The notes below the pieces were generated by a model. It saw only the letters and a list, made by a program, of their open reading frames with translations, was not told where the DNA came from and made no database searches. From positions 2,160,001-2,192,000 of the forward strand of contig NZ_CP010904.1 of the NCBI RefSeq assembly GCF_001017655.1: 32,000 nucleotides of DNA, read 5' to 3'. The translations under genes were made by a program, and so were the position numbers. Positions 23,557-31,773 of this stretch are shown one piece after another. The stretch is from Kiritimatiella glycovorans. GTDB taxonomy: Bacteria > Verrucomicrobiota > Kiritimatiellia > Kiritimatiellales > Kiritimatiellaceae. Numbering within the stretch: position 1 is the stretch's first letter; the number at the start of each line of letters is the position of its first letter.

Positions 23557-24324
23557 ATGTCGGCCATGAAGTGTGCACCACCGATATGGCTCGCCCTCGC
23601 CTCCATCGCCCTGCCCCTGATCGCGGCCGGTGCGACCCCGGATGCGGAACCGGACTCCGCGCACCTGCTGGAACAGGCCGACCGCTCCAGGGGCAATCTC
23701 GAAGGCGTCCGCTGGACGGTGACCCTGATCACGGGCGGGGAGGACGCACCGCGCGGCCGCACCTACCGCGTCGCGGCCCGGGATTTCGACTTCCTGGCGG
23801 AGTGCGTCGCCCCGCCGCGGCGCCGGGGCTACCGGCTGCTCCAGACCCGTGGAAACATGTGGTTCTACAAACCCGACCTCAGCAAGCCCGTGCCGATCTC
23901 CCGTCGTCAGAAACTGATGGGCAACGCCGCCTACGGCGATATAGCCGCCACCAATTACTCGGAGGATTACGAAACCGTGTCCCGCGAACCGGCGCGTCTC
24001 GACGGCATTCCCTGCTGGGTTCTCGATCTCGAGGCGAGAGGGAGCCACGTGACCTACGACCGGATCCGCTACTGGATCGAGCGCGACCGGCGGGTGGGAC
24101 TCAAAGCCGAGTACTACACGGTCTCCGGCAAGCTCTTCAAATCCGCGGATATAGAGTACGGCCATCGCGTCGAAGATGGACCGACAGGGTCGCGGCCGTT
24201 TATTTCAAAAATGACCATCCACGATGAATTGACCGGCGGCGAGGACACGATTCTGGAATTCGCCGACCCGCGCCTGGAGGAGATCGACGCCGCGACCCTC
24301 AGCGTGAACCGGCTCGGAGAATAA
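23557..24324 (+). CDS. Periplasmic LolA-like (outer membrane lipoprotein-sorting-like) protein
   Basis: Signal peptide PPIWLALASIALPLIAAG. The motif WFYKPDLSKPVPISRRQKLMGNAAYGDIAATNYSEDY is characteristic of the LolA_like family as I remember it. The start lies 4 nt after the permease stop. Confidence 0.6.
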   Translation: MSAMKCAPPIWLALASIALPLIAAGATPDAEPDSAHLLEQADRSRGNLEGVRWTVTLITGGEDAPRGRTYRVAARDFDFLAECVAPPRRRGYRLLQTRGNMWFYKPDLSKPVPISRRQKLMGNAAYGDIAATNYSEDYETVSREPARLDGIPCWVLDLEARGSHVTYDRIRYWIERDRRVGLKAEYYTVSGKLFKSADIEYGHRVEDGPTGSRPFISKMTIHDELTGGEDTILEFADPRLEEIDAATLSVNRLGE

Positions 24325-24336
24325 AGGGAGATCATT

Positions 24337-25524
24337 ATGCGCTGTCCCGCCGCTCTCGTTTTTCCGCTTTTTGCCGCCGCGCTCGCCCTCCAACCACTGC
24401 AGGGCATCGCGGACGAAACTGAGGCTGAGTACGGCGCAACGACCTCGCTCGTGGAGCGCGTCGCCGGCGAGGTCGAGCTGCGGCCGCGCATCCTCACGTT
24501 CGGGACGATGCAGGACACCGCGCTGACCGGGCCGGAGGCCGCGCGGATCGACCTTCGCAGTCTCCGCGCCGAAACCGACCTGCGCCTCGATGCCGAGTGG
24601 CGCTCGGACCGGCTGGACGTGCTGCTCAAACCGCGGCTGGACGTCTTTCACGAGGAATGGAAAACGGGCGACCGGGCGGGCGCGAACGACCGCGATGCCG
24701 ACCTCTACCTCCACGAGTGGCTCGTGCGCCTGCACCTTCCCTCCGATCTCGCGATCGCCTACGGACGTGAAAACATGCAGTGGGGACCGTCGTACCTCCT
24801 CTCCCCGTCCAACCCGTTCCTCGCCGAAAACGGGAAGAACAGCCCGAAAACGGAAGTCCGCGCCGCGGAGTACGCGATGCTGCACTGGACCCCCCCGGGC
24901 CGGTTCGCCGCCGAGGCGATCGCCCATACGGACCCCGGCCGTCGGTCGGAGCCGTACGAACCTTTCGATCCCGCGTACGCGCTGAAACTGGACTGGACCT
25001 TCTACGGCAGACAGCTCGGCCTGATCGCCTCCCGGCGCGAAGCCGAAGACCCCCGCGCAGGGTTCTATACGACCTGGAACCTGAACGACGCTCTGCTGCA
25101 GTACAACGAGGCCGGGTTCACCTCCGGCGACGCCGAGTGGCTGAGCGGGCTGACCTGCACGTTCGCGAACGGCAACAGCGTCAGCGCCGAGTATTTCTAC
25201 AACCAGAGCGGCGAGAGCGACGGCGATTACCGCAACGCCCTCCCCCCGGCGGAGGACGCCTCAAACCGGGAAGTCTTCTTCCGCCGCCACTACGTCCTGC
25301 TCCAGTTCACCGACCCGATGATCAACGACAACCTCGACCTGACCCTGCGCTATATACTCAATGCCGACGACACCTCGGGCGCGGGTCTGCTGCTGGCCGA
25401 CTACGCTTTGACCGACCGTGCGACCGCCTTCCTGCACTCGACCCTGTTCAGTGGAGACCAGGACACGGAATTCGGGTACCTTCTGGAGCACAGGATCCAG
25501 TTCGGCGTCGAATACGCCTTCTGA
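24337..25524 (+). CDS. Putative outer-membrane beta-barrel (alginate-export/DUF1302-like)
   Basis: Signal peptide LVFPLFAAALALQPLQG. AYGRENMQWGPSYLLSPSNPF resembles the GRQxxxWG motif of AlgE/DUF1302-type barrels. Alternating strand pattern, with a C-terminal ...FGVEYAF ending in Phe. AAGGGAG Shine-Dalgarno. Confidence 0.5.
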   Translation: MRCPAALVFPLFAAALALQPLQGIADETEAEYGATTSLVERVAGEVELRPRILTFGTMQDTALTGPEAARIDLRSLRAETDLRLDAEWRSDRLDVLLKPRLDVFHEEWKTGDRAGANDRDADLYLHEWLVRLHLPSDLAIAYGRENMQWGPSYLLSPSNPFLAENGKNSPKTEVRAAEYAMLHWTPPGRFAAEAIAHTDPGRRSEPYEPFDPAYALKLDWTFYGRQLGLIASRREAEDPRAGFYTTWNLNDALLQYNEAGFTSGDAEWLSGLTCTFANGNSVSAEYFYNQSGESDGDYRNALPPAEDASNREVFFRRHYVLLQFTDPMINDNLDLTLRYILNADDTSGAGLLLADYALTDRATAFLHSTLFSGDQDTEFGYLLEHRIQFGVEYAF

Positions 25525-25563
25525 TCCAGCGAAACAAACCATAAACATCAGGAGGCCCGGATT

Positions 25564-27675
25564 ATGAAAAAAACGCTCGCGGCGTGCGGCCTGTTGCTGC
25601 TGACCCACGCAGCCTGCGCCGGACTCTCGCTCAGCTTTGAGCGTGAAGTCCTCGCCAAAGCGCAGCCCGACGAGTGGTTCTACGGACAGGGCCATCCAAG
25701 CAACACCTACGTCGATGCCGGCATCGATCTCGACCACCCTCCGTCCACCCACGCCCGGCCCAAGGTAAACCAGGCCCACGTCTGGGGACTGACGCGGAGC
25801 GGCGATACGCTCTGGTTCGGGACCGGCCCGAACATCCGCGCGCTGCTTGCCGGCACCTATATGGGCCACACCGATGTCGTCCACCGCGCCACACACGTTC
25901 ATGAATACGGGGAGAGCCGGTTGGCGAAAGCCGGCGTGGTGCCGCCGGAACTCGGCGACTGGCGGGTTCCCGATATCTTCGCCTGCGACCTGAATACCGG
26001 GTCGCCGACCAATCTGGATGCATCACTCCCGCCGTACGCCACCAACCTGCTGCATCACACCCAGGGACTGAGGTCCGCCGGAGCGTCCGCATCCAACGCC
26101 GTTCACTCCGAAGGCGTCGTGATTCTCGCCGGTCCGAGCCTGACCGCGACCAACGGCGGGGGCATCGTCGCCTTCGCGTTCGACGCCGCCACGAAGGACC
26201 TGATCGACGCCCGGCGCCTCACGGACTATGCGAATATCCGCAAATGGAAACTCCATGACGGGGTGCTCTACACCACCGTCACGCTTAACGACGGCGACGG
26301 CCAGGTCCTGCGCTGGATCAACGATCCCGAGGATCCCGATTATCCTCTCGCTTTCGAGAACGTCGGCAACCTGGACAACGGGGGCGCGGAACTCTGTGTC
26401 CATGAAAACCGGCTGTTCGTCGGCACCTGGCCCGGAATCCTGGGGCAGAAGGAGTTCACGCAGGAAGACCTTCCCGAGATCGAGCAGGAATCGCCGGGCC
26501 TCTGGATGAGCCGCACCATCCCGGACCAGGGACTCAAGAAAAAACACCGGGATCAATGGTACAAAGTCTGGAACGTCTACGACTACGAGATCGACCTGGT
26601 GACCGGGGCCGTTTACGGGGTCGGCGCGATGGCCTCGTTCGGCGATTACCTCTTCTGGGGCACGGTACACGTTCCCGGCCTCGGCGACTTCGCCCACACC
26701 AAGGTCTACGGTGCCCCCACCAACGCCGTGGAGGCGCAGCGCCAGTTCGAGAACAGCGAACGGTCCCTCATGATTTTCCGGGGCAGCAATTTCGATCAGG
26801 GTTTTCCGCCCTTCTCGGACCCGGATATGGACGCGGAGCTGCTCTACGGCTGCGAACAACTGGCGTGGCGAGACATCTACCGACACCCCAAAAAGAACTG
26901 GCGGACCAATGAGAACGCCCTCGGCACCGCGCCTCTCTTCGGGGAAAGCGGCTTCGGAAACGCGGGAAACCGTTACGCGTGGACGATGGGCGTGTACCAG
27001 GAACAGCTCTACGTGGGCACGATGGATTTTCCGGGGCTGACCGAGGACGGGCAGCCCGGCGATGCTCAGCCCTACGAGGGCGCGGAACTGTACTGCTTCC
27101 CCACTCCGACCAATCCCGCGGCCAAGGTCAGCGGCGAGGGCGTGGGCAATTACTCTAACTACGGCATCCGTACGATGCGGGTCGACTCGAACAGCCTCTA
27201 CCTGGGCATGGCCAACCCGTTCAACCTGATGACCGACCCGGACGACGACCAGCCTGATGGCGGCTGGGAGCTGGTCCGGCTGACGCGCACGTTCGACGAC
27301 GGAGACTGGGACGACATGCCGGACGACTGGGAGGCGGCGTATTTCGGCGGTTCGACCAACGCCGCCCCGGACGGGGACGGGGACGGCGACGGGTTCGACA
27401 ACCGGGCCGAATTTATCGCGGCGACGGACCCCGGCCGCGGGGACGATTTCCCGGCCATTCACGGGTTCAACCGTGCGTCCGATACTGAGGTGCGCTTAAC
27501 CTGGAACGCGCACACGGGACGGGTATACCGCGTCTACGCCTCGGATTCGATGAACGGCCCGTGGCGGGAGGTCTACCGCGGCCAACCCGAGGAGGGCGTG
27601 GTCGACTTCTCGCATAATCCCTCGAACCGGCCGGCCGCTTTCTATAAACTGGGTGTTTCGCTGCCCAACCGTTGA
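25564..27675 (+). CDS. 703-aa secreted protein: propeller-like N-terminal region plus TSP3-like Ca-binding motif plus C-terminal beta-sandwich
   Basis: Signal peptide MKKTLAACGLLLLTHAACAG and an AGGAGG Shine-Dalgarno. Six spaced motifs (LWFGT, LYTTV, LFVGT, LFWGT, LYVGT, LYLGM). Then DDMPDDWEAAYFG, DGDGDGDGFDNRAEFIAATDP, and the terminal ...AAFYKLGVSL. The coding call is confident; the function is unknown. Confidence 0.6.
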   Translation: MKKTLAACGLLLLTHAACAGLSLSFEREVLAKAQPDEWFYGQGHPSNTYVDAGIDLDHPPSTHARPKVNQAHVWGLTRSGDTLWFGTGPNIRALLAGTYMGHTDVVHRATHVHEYGESRLAKAGVVPPELGDWRVPDIFACDLNTGSPTNLDASLPPYATNLLHHTQGLRSAGASASNAVHSEGVVILAGPSLTATNGGGIVAFAFDAATKDLIDARRLTDYANIRKWKLHDGVLYTTVTLNDGDGQVLRWINDPEDPDYPLAFENVGNLDNGGAELCVHENRLFVGTWPGILGQKEFTQEDLPEIEQESPGLWMSRTIPDQGLKKKHRDQWYKVWNVYDYEIDLVTGAVYGVGAMASFGDYLFWGTVHVPGLGDFAHTKVYGAPTNAVEAQRQFENSERSLMIFRGSNFDQGFPPFSDPDMDAELLYGCEQLAWRDIYRHPKKNWRTNENALGTAPLFGESGFGNAGNRYAWTMGVYQEQLYVGTMDFPGLTEDGQPGDAQPYEGAELYCFPTPTNPAAKVSGEGVGNYSNYGIRTMRVDSNSLYLGMANPFNLMTDPDDDQPDGGWELVRLTRTFDDGDWDDMPDDWEAAYFGGSTNAAPDGDGDGDGFDNRAEFIAATDPGRGDDFPAIHGFNRASDTEVRLTWNAHTGRVYRVYASDSMNGPWREVYRGQPEEGVVDFSHNPSNRPAAFYKLGVSLPNR

Positions 27676-27687
27676 ACTCGGAGACTC

Positions 27688-28419
27688 ATGCTCAGACTCG
27701 GCGTCAACATCGACCACGTGGCCACGCTGCGCAACGCGCGGGGTACGCCCTACCCCGACCCGCTGGAGGCGGCGCGGCTCTGCGCCGCGGCGGGGGCGCA
27801 TGGAGTCACCATGCACCTGCGCGAAGACCGCCGCCACATCCGGGACGACGACGTGTTCCGAGTGAAAGAGGCGGCGGTGCTCCCGCTGAATCTCGAGATG
27901 GCGAATACGCCGGAGATCGTCGATATCGCCCTGAAGCTCCAACCCGCCGAGGTCTGCCTCGTACCCGAACGGCGCGAGGAGCTGACCACGGAGGGCGGGC
28001 TGGACGTGATCGCGAACCGCGACCGGCTGGAGCCGACGGTGCGCAGACTCGGCGAAGCCGGGATCGAGGTCAGCCTGTTCGTGGAACCGGACCCGGAAGC
28101 GCTCGACACCGCCGCGGCCCTCGGCGCGCCCGTGGTGGAACTGCACACCGGGGCGTACTGTGACGCCGCGGAATCATGCAAACCCGCCCTCCTCGACCCG
28201 CTCATCCGCGGGGCGGAGTACGCGCACGGACTGGACCTGCGGGTGAACGCCGGGCACGGAATCCACACCGGCGTCATGGAAGGTATTCTCCGAATACCCC
28301 ACATCGACACGCTGAACATCGGCCACAGCATCGTGTGCCGCGCGGTCATGACCGGCATGGAACAGGCCGTACGCGAAATGCTGGACTCCATGAACGCTCA
28401 CGAAAGGAGAACGCCATGA
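27688..28419 (+). CDS. pdxJ: Pyridoxine 5'-phosphate synthase
   Basis: LGVNIDHVATLRNARG, HLREDRRHI, PERREELTTEGGLDV, ELHTGAY and NAGHG, all canonical PdxJ motifs. Confidence 0.9.
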   Translation: MLRLGVNIDHVATLRNARGTPYPDPLEAARLCAAAGAHGVTMHLREDRRHIRDDDVFRVKEAAVLPLNLEMANTPEIVDIALKLQPAEVCLVPERREELTTEGGLDVIANRDRLEPTVRRLGEAGIEVSLFVEPDPEALDTAAALGAPVVELHTGAYCDAAESCKPALLDPLIRGAEYAHGLDLRVNAGHGIHTGVMEGILRIPHIDTLNIGHSIVCRAVMTGMEQAVREMLDSMNAHERRTP

Positions 28420-29474
28420 CCCCGCTACTCGCCGTCAGCCTGAATACCGAACACTGGATCGGAGCTACCCTCACCCTGCTGATCGGACTGGGCATCACCG
28501 GCGGACTGCACTACCTGCTGCGCCGCCGCTTCGATCAGCTCGCCGGCGCCGAAGAAGCCTCCGCACGACGCACGGCGTGGCGGGCGGTCTTCGAAATCGC
28601 GTTTCCGCTGGCCTATTTCAGCGTCGTTTCCATCGCCGTACGCGCCCTCGAACCCGGTCCTTCCGTGATCCGCACCCTGGAGGTCGCCGCGGCGGCGCTG
28701 CTGACCTTTCTCGCCATCCGGTTCATCCTGATGGCCCTGCAGATCGCGATGGAGAAGTTCTACGTCGGCAAAGGCAAACTCACCCGCGAGATGACGTCCG
28801 GGCTGATGCTGATCGCACGCATCCTGGTGTGGGTCTTCGGCATCCTCTTCCTGCTCGATAACCTCGGATTCCAGGTCTCTTCGCTCGTGGCAGGTCTGGG
28901 GATCGGCGGCGTGGCCCTCGCGCTCTCGGTGCAGACCGTCCTCGGCGACCTGCTCAGCTACTACGCGATCCTGCTCGACCGCCCGTTCAAGCTCGGCGAC
29001 TTCCTGATCATCGGCGACCTGCTGGGGACGGTGGAACACATCGGAATTAAAACGACGAGAATCCGCAGCCTGAGCGGCGAGGAACTGATCTTTTCGAATA
29101 CCGACCTGCTGAATTCACGAGTGCGCAACTACATGACCATGCAGCGCCGGCGCGTGGTGTTCAAGCTGGGCGTCACCTACGATACGCCCGCAGAGAAACT
29201 GGAAAAAATCCCCGGTATGATCGAATCGATCATCCGCGATCAGCAGGACACGCAGTTCGACCGCTGCCACTTCTCCGCCTACGGCGACTTCAACCTGATC
29301 GTCGAAACCGTGTACTACGTGATCGGCGCCGACTACGTGAAGTACATGGACCTTCAGCAGGCGATCAACCTGCGGATCAAGCGGGCCTTCGAAGCCGAGG
29401 GCATCGAGTTCGCGTTCCCCACCCAGACCATCCATCTCAGGAACGAGTCCGAGCTGACGGAGGGCGGGAGCTGA
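28416..29474 (+). CDS. Small-conductance mechanosensitive channel (MscS family)
   Basis: ATG at 28416 overlaps the pdxJ stop (ATGA). N-terminal TMs, pore-helix region GIGGVALALSVQTVLGDL, and the beta-domain FKLGDFLIIGDLLGTVEHIGIKTTRIRSLSGEELIFSN. The upstream part of the 28176..29474 track ORF is rejected. Confidence 0.85.
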   Translation: MTPLLAVSLNTEHWIGATLTLLIGLGITGGLHYLLRRRFDQLAGAEEASARRTAWRAVFEIAFPLAYFSVVSIAVRALEPGPSVIRTLEVAAAALLTFLAIRFILMALQIAMEKFYVGKGKLTREMTSGLMLIARILVWVFGILFLLDNLGFQVSSLVAGLGIGGVALALSVQTVLGDLLSYYAILLDRPFKLGDFLIIGDLLGTVEHIGIKTTRIRSLSGEELIFSNTDLLNSRVRNYMTMQRRRVVFKLGVTYDTPAEKLEKIPGMIESIIRDQQDTQFDRCHFSAYGDFNLIVETVYYVIGADYVKYMDLQQAINLRIKRAFEAEGIEFAFPTQTIHLRNESELTEGGS

Positions 29475-29523
29475 CGCTGAGGCCGGGGAACCGCGTTATC
29501 GCTCACCAAGCCCGTGAACGACC

Positions 29524-30534
29524 TCACCCCGCGGCGGCCTCGCGGATGGCGGCGATGATCTTCTCGGACATTTGCGGATCGTTCTTCAGCGTCTCGCGCG
29601 CGGCGTCGCGCCCCTGACCGAGCTGGGTCCCTTCCCACGAAAGCCAGGAGCCTTTCTTCTCGATGACGTTGTGCTGCAACCCGGCATCGATCACGCTGCC
29701 CGCGTAGGAGATGCCTTCCGCGTACAGGATGTCGAATTCCGCTTCCGTGAACGGCGGGGCCACCTTGTTTTTGACCACCTTGACGCGGGTGCGATTTCCG
29801 TAATGCCGGCCCGTACCGTCCTTGAGCGCGCCGATGCGGCGGATGTCCATCCGCACCGAGGAGTAGAATTTAAGGGCGCGGCCGCCCGGCGTGGTCTCGG
29901 GGCTCCCGAACATCACGCCGACTTTCTCGCGGATCTGGTTCGTGAAAATACAGGTGCAGCGGGAACGGTTGATGGCGCCGGTCAGTTTGCGGAGCGCCTG
30001 CGACATCAGCCTGGCCTGCAGACCGACGTGCGAATCGCCCATCTCCCCTTCGAGTTCCGCGCGCGGCGCCAGGGCCGCTACCGAATCGACGACCACCACG
30101 TCCAGCGAATTGCTGCGCACGAGCGCATCGCAGATGTTCAGCGCCTCTTCGCCCGAATCGGGTTGAGAGACCAGCAGATTGTCCAGATCGACCCCGATCC
30201 GCTCGGAGTACGCCGGATCGAGCGCGTGCTCGGTGTCGACGAACGCGGCCGTCCCGCCCTGCTTCTGCGCATTCGCGATAATGTGGAGCACGAGCGTCGT
30301 CTTGCCGGAGGCCTCCGGGCCGTAAATTTCCACCACGCGACTGCGCGGAACCCCGCCGATGCCCAGCGCCATGTCCAGCGTCAGAGATCCGGTCGGAATG
30401 GACTCTACCGGCTTGCGCCGACCCTCGTCCCCCAGGCGGACGATCGCTCCGTCGCCGTATTGCTTCTGGATCTGCGCGATCACCGTGCTGAGCTGCTGCG
30501 CGCCGCCGGATTCTTCTTCCTTCTTCTTCGCCAT
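29524..30534 (-). CDS. recA: Recombinase RecA
   Basis: [11 protein letters not shown], Walker [30 protein letters not shown], and the L2 loop [22 protein letters not shown]. Confidence 0.95.
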   Translation of the reverse strand: MAKKKEEESGGAQQLSTVIAQIQKQYGDGAIVRLGDEGRRKPVESIPTGSLTLDMALGIGGVPRSRVVEIYGPEASGKTTLVLHIIANAQKQGGTAAFVDTEHALDPAYSERIGVDLDNLLVSQPDSGEEALNICDALVRSNSLDVVVVDSVAALAPRAELEGEMGDSHVGLQARLMSQALRKLTGAINRSRCTCIFTNQIREKVGVMFGSPETTPGGRALKFYSSVRMDIRRIGALKDGTGRHYGNRTRVKVVKNKVAPPFTEAEFDILYAEGISYAGSVIDAGLQHNVIEKKGSWLSWEGTQLGQGRDAARETLKNDPQMSEKIIAAIREAAAG

Positions 30535-30590
30535 CGAACGTTCTCCCGGTTGGCCCCGCGCCCCTGCCGAGGCTTTATCTTGCTGATTGT

Positions 30591-30605
30591 GAACGATTTG
30601 AGAAC
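30591..30605 (-). promoter_or_regulatory. Candidate SOS-box-like direct repeat GTTC-N7-GTTC upstream of recA
   Basis: The minus strand reads CTGTTCTCAAATCGTTCACA, 57-71 nt upstream of the recA ATG. A further GAACGTTC palindrome abuts the start codon (30536-30543). Confidence 0.3.
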
Positions 30606-30670
30606 AGATCGCGGGGCATCATGTAAGACGGCATACTAAAAGACCCGCACGCGGTATGTCAATCCGCGCC

Positions 30671-30832
30671 CGCGAGAGGCAGCGATTCTCATTATGGCTT
30701 CACCCTTTTCGGTCGGGGTGGAACCCGACCCTCCCAATGCCCGAAAAGGCGTCGGATATCGACTCGGGAGGGACGGCTGCCACGCCGTCCGCAGTCGGAA
30801 TGCGGCCATAATGAGAACTGCTGCGCGAGAGG
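30671..30832. mobile_element. MITE-like non-autonomous element: 144-bp body with 19-bp terminal inverted repeats, flanked by a perfect 9-bp direct repeat
   Basis: Direct repeat CGCGAGAGG at 30671-30679 and 30824-30832. Left end CAGCGATTCTCATTATGGC (30680-30698); the reverse complement of the right end (30805-30823) is CAGCAGTTCTCATTATGGC, matching 17/19. The interior is full of short hairpins. Confidence 0.55.
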
Positions 30833-30955
30833 ACGTTACTCATCCTTCCATCTTCTGTGTCCCCTGTGCCCCTTTGTGGCCCCTTTTTCTCTCCCTCGTA
30901 TTCCCGGCGCGGCCGTGATAGACTTCGCCCGCAGATCACACGAGGAGGCGATAGC

Positions 30956-31720
30956 ATGAGAGGACGATGGATTGCAGCATGCGTGCTGATCGCGGCCGCG
31001 GCGGCGCCTGTATCCGCGCAGGAGACGATTACCGTCAGCGGCCGGGCCGAATCACTGGAGCCGGCCGACACGGCCTTTGTCTCCATGTACGTCATCGGCA
31101 CGGGCGAAGACATGAGCACGGCGGCGGAAGACGCTGACATGCGTCTGCGCGACGTGCTGGACGCCCTCCCGGAAGCGGGCGGGAACACGGTCCGCGAGCG
31201 CACCGTCTTCGATGTGTGGACGGGCGCGCAGCCGGTGGACTACTTCACGCCCGTGCCGCAGGACGCCCTCTCGCAGCCGCAGGTCATCCGCCGCATCCTG
31301 CTGGAGACCGCGCCCGAGCGCACCGCGATCTTCGGCATGATCGACGACGCCATGTACGCCGGGGCGCGCATGGAACTGCCCGCGCCTCCGCAGGAAGGCG
31401 AGCCGGGCGTGAGTACCTACAAGCATAATCTCGTCGTCTACGGGCTGCGCGACGCGGCCTCCGCCGAGGAGGCCCTGCGTGCGGAAGCCCTGGAGGAGGC
31501 CCGCGCCCGCGCGGGTGAAATGGCGGCCGAAGTGGGCCGGGATCCGGGCGGTATCACCCGGCTCCGCGCGGAATATCACGGCAGGAGCCTCGAACGCGAC
31601 ATGGAGATCCCGCTGCGCTATTCGGGTACGGATGCCGACCGCATCAGGCTGGTCTGCCGCATTGAGGCTACCTTCGCGCTCAAGGCGCGCGAACCGGACG
31701 CAGAAGACGAAGAAGAATAA
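30956..31720 (+). CDS. Secreted SIMPL/DUF541-like protein
   Basis: ATG at 30956 with GAGGAGG upstream. Signal peptide WIAACVLIAAAAAPVSAQ, then ETITVSGRAESLEPADTAFVSMYV, the typical start of SIMPL-domain proteins. Acidic C-terminal tail. Confidence 0.5.
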   Translation: MRGRWIAACVLIAAAAAPVSAQETITVSGRAESLEPADTAFVSMYVIGTGEDMSTAAEDADMRLRDVLDALPEAGGNTVRERTVFDVWTGAQPVDYFTPVPQDALSQPQVIRRILLETAPERTAIFGMIDDAMYAGARMELPAPPQEGEPGVSTYKHNLVVYGLRDAASAEEALRAEALEEARARAGEMAAEVGRDPGGITRLRAEYHGRSLERDMEIPLRYSGTDADRIRLVCRIEATFALKAREPDAEDEEE

Positions 31721-31773
31721 GGGCCGCGTACGGGACGAGATGCCGTCCGCCGGAAACCGGGATCTTTGACACC

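Noticed and set aside
30694-30918. 74-aa ORF spanning the MITE-like element and the polypyrimidine tract
   Set aside because: It has no ribosome-binding site, starts inside a terminal inverted repeat, runs across the element boundary, and its C-terminal half simply reads the C/T-rich tract.
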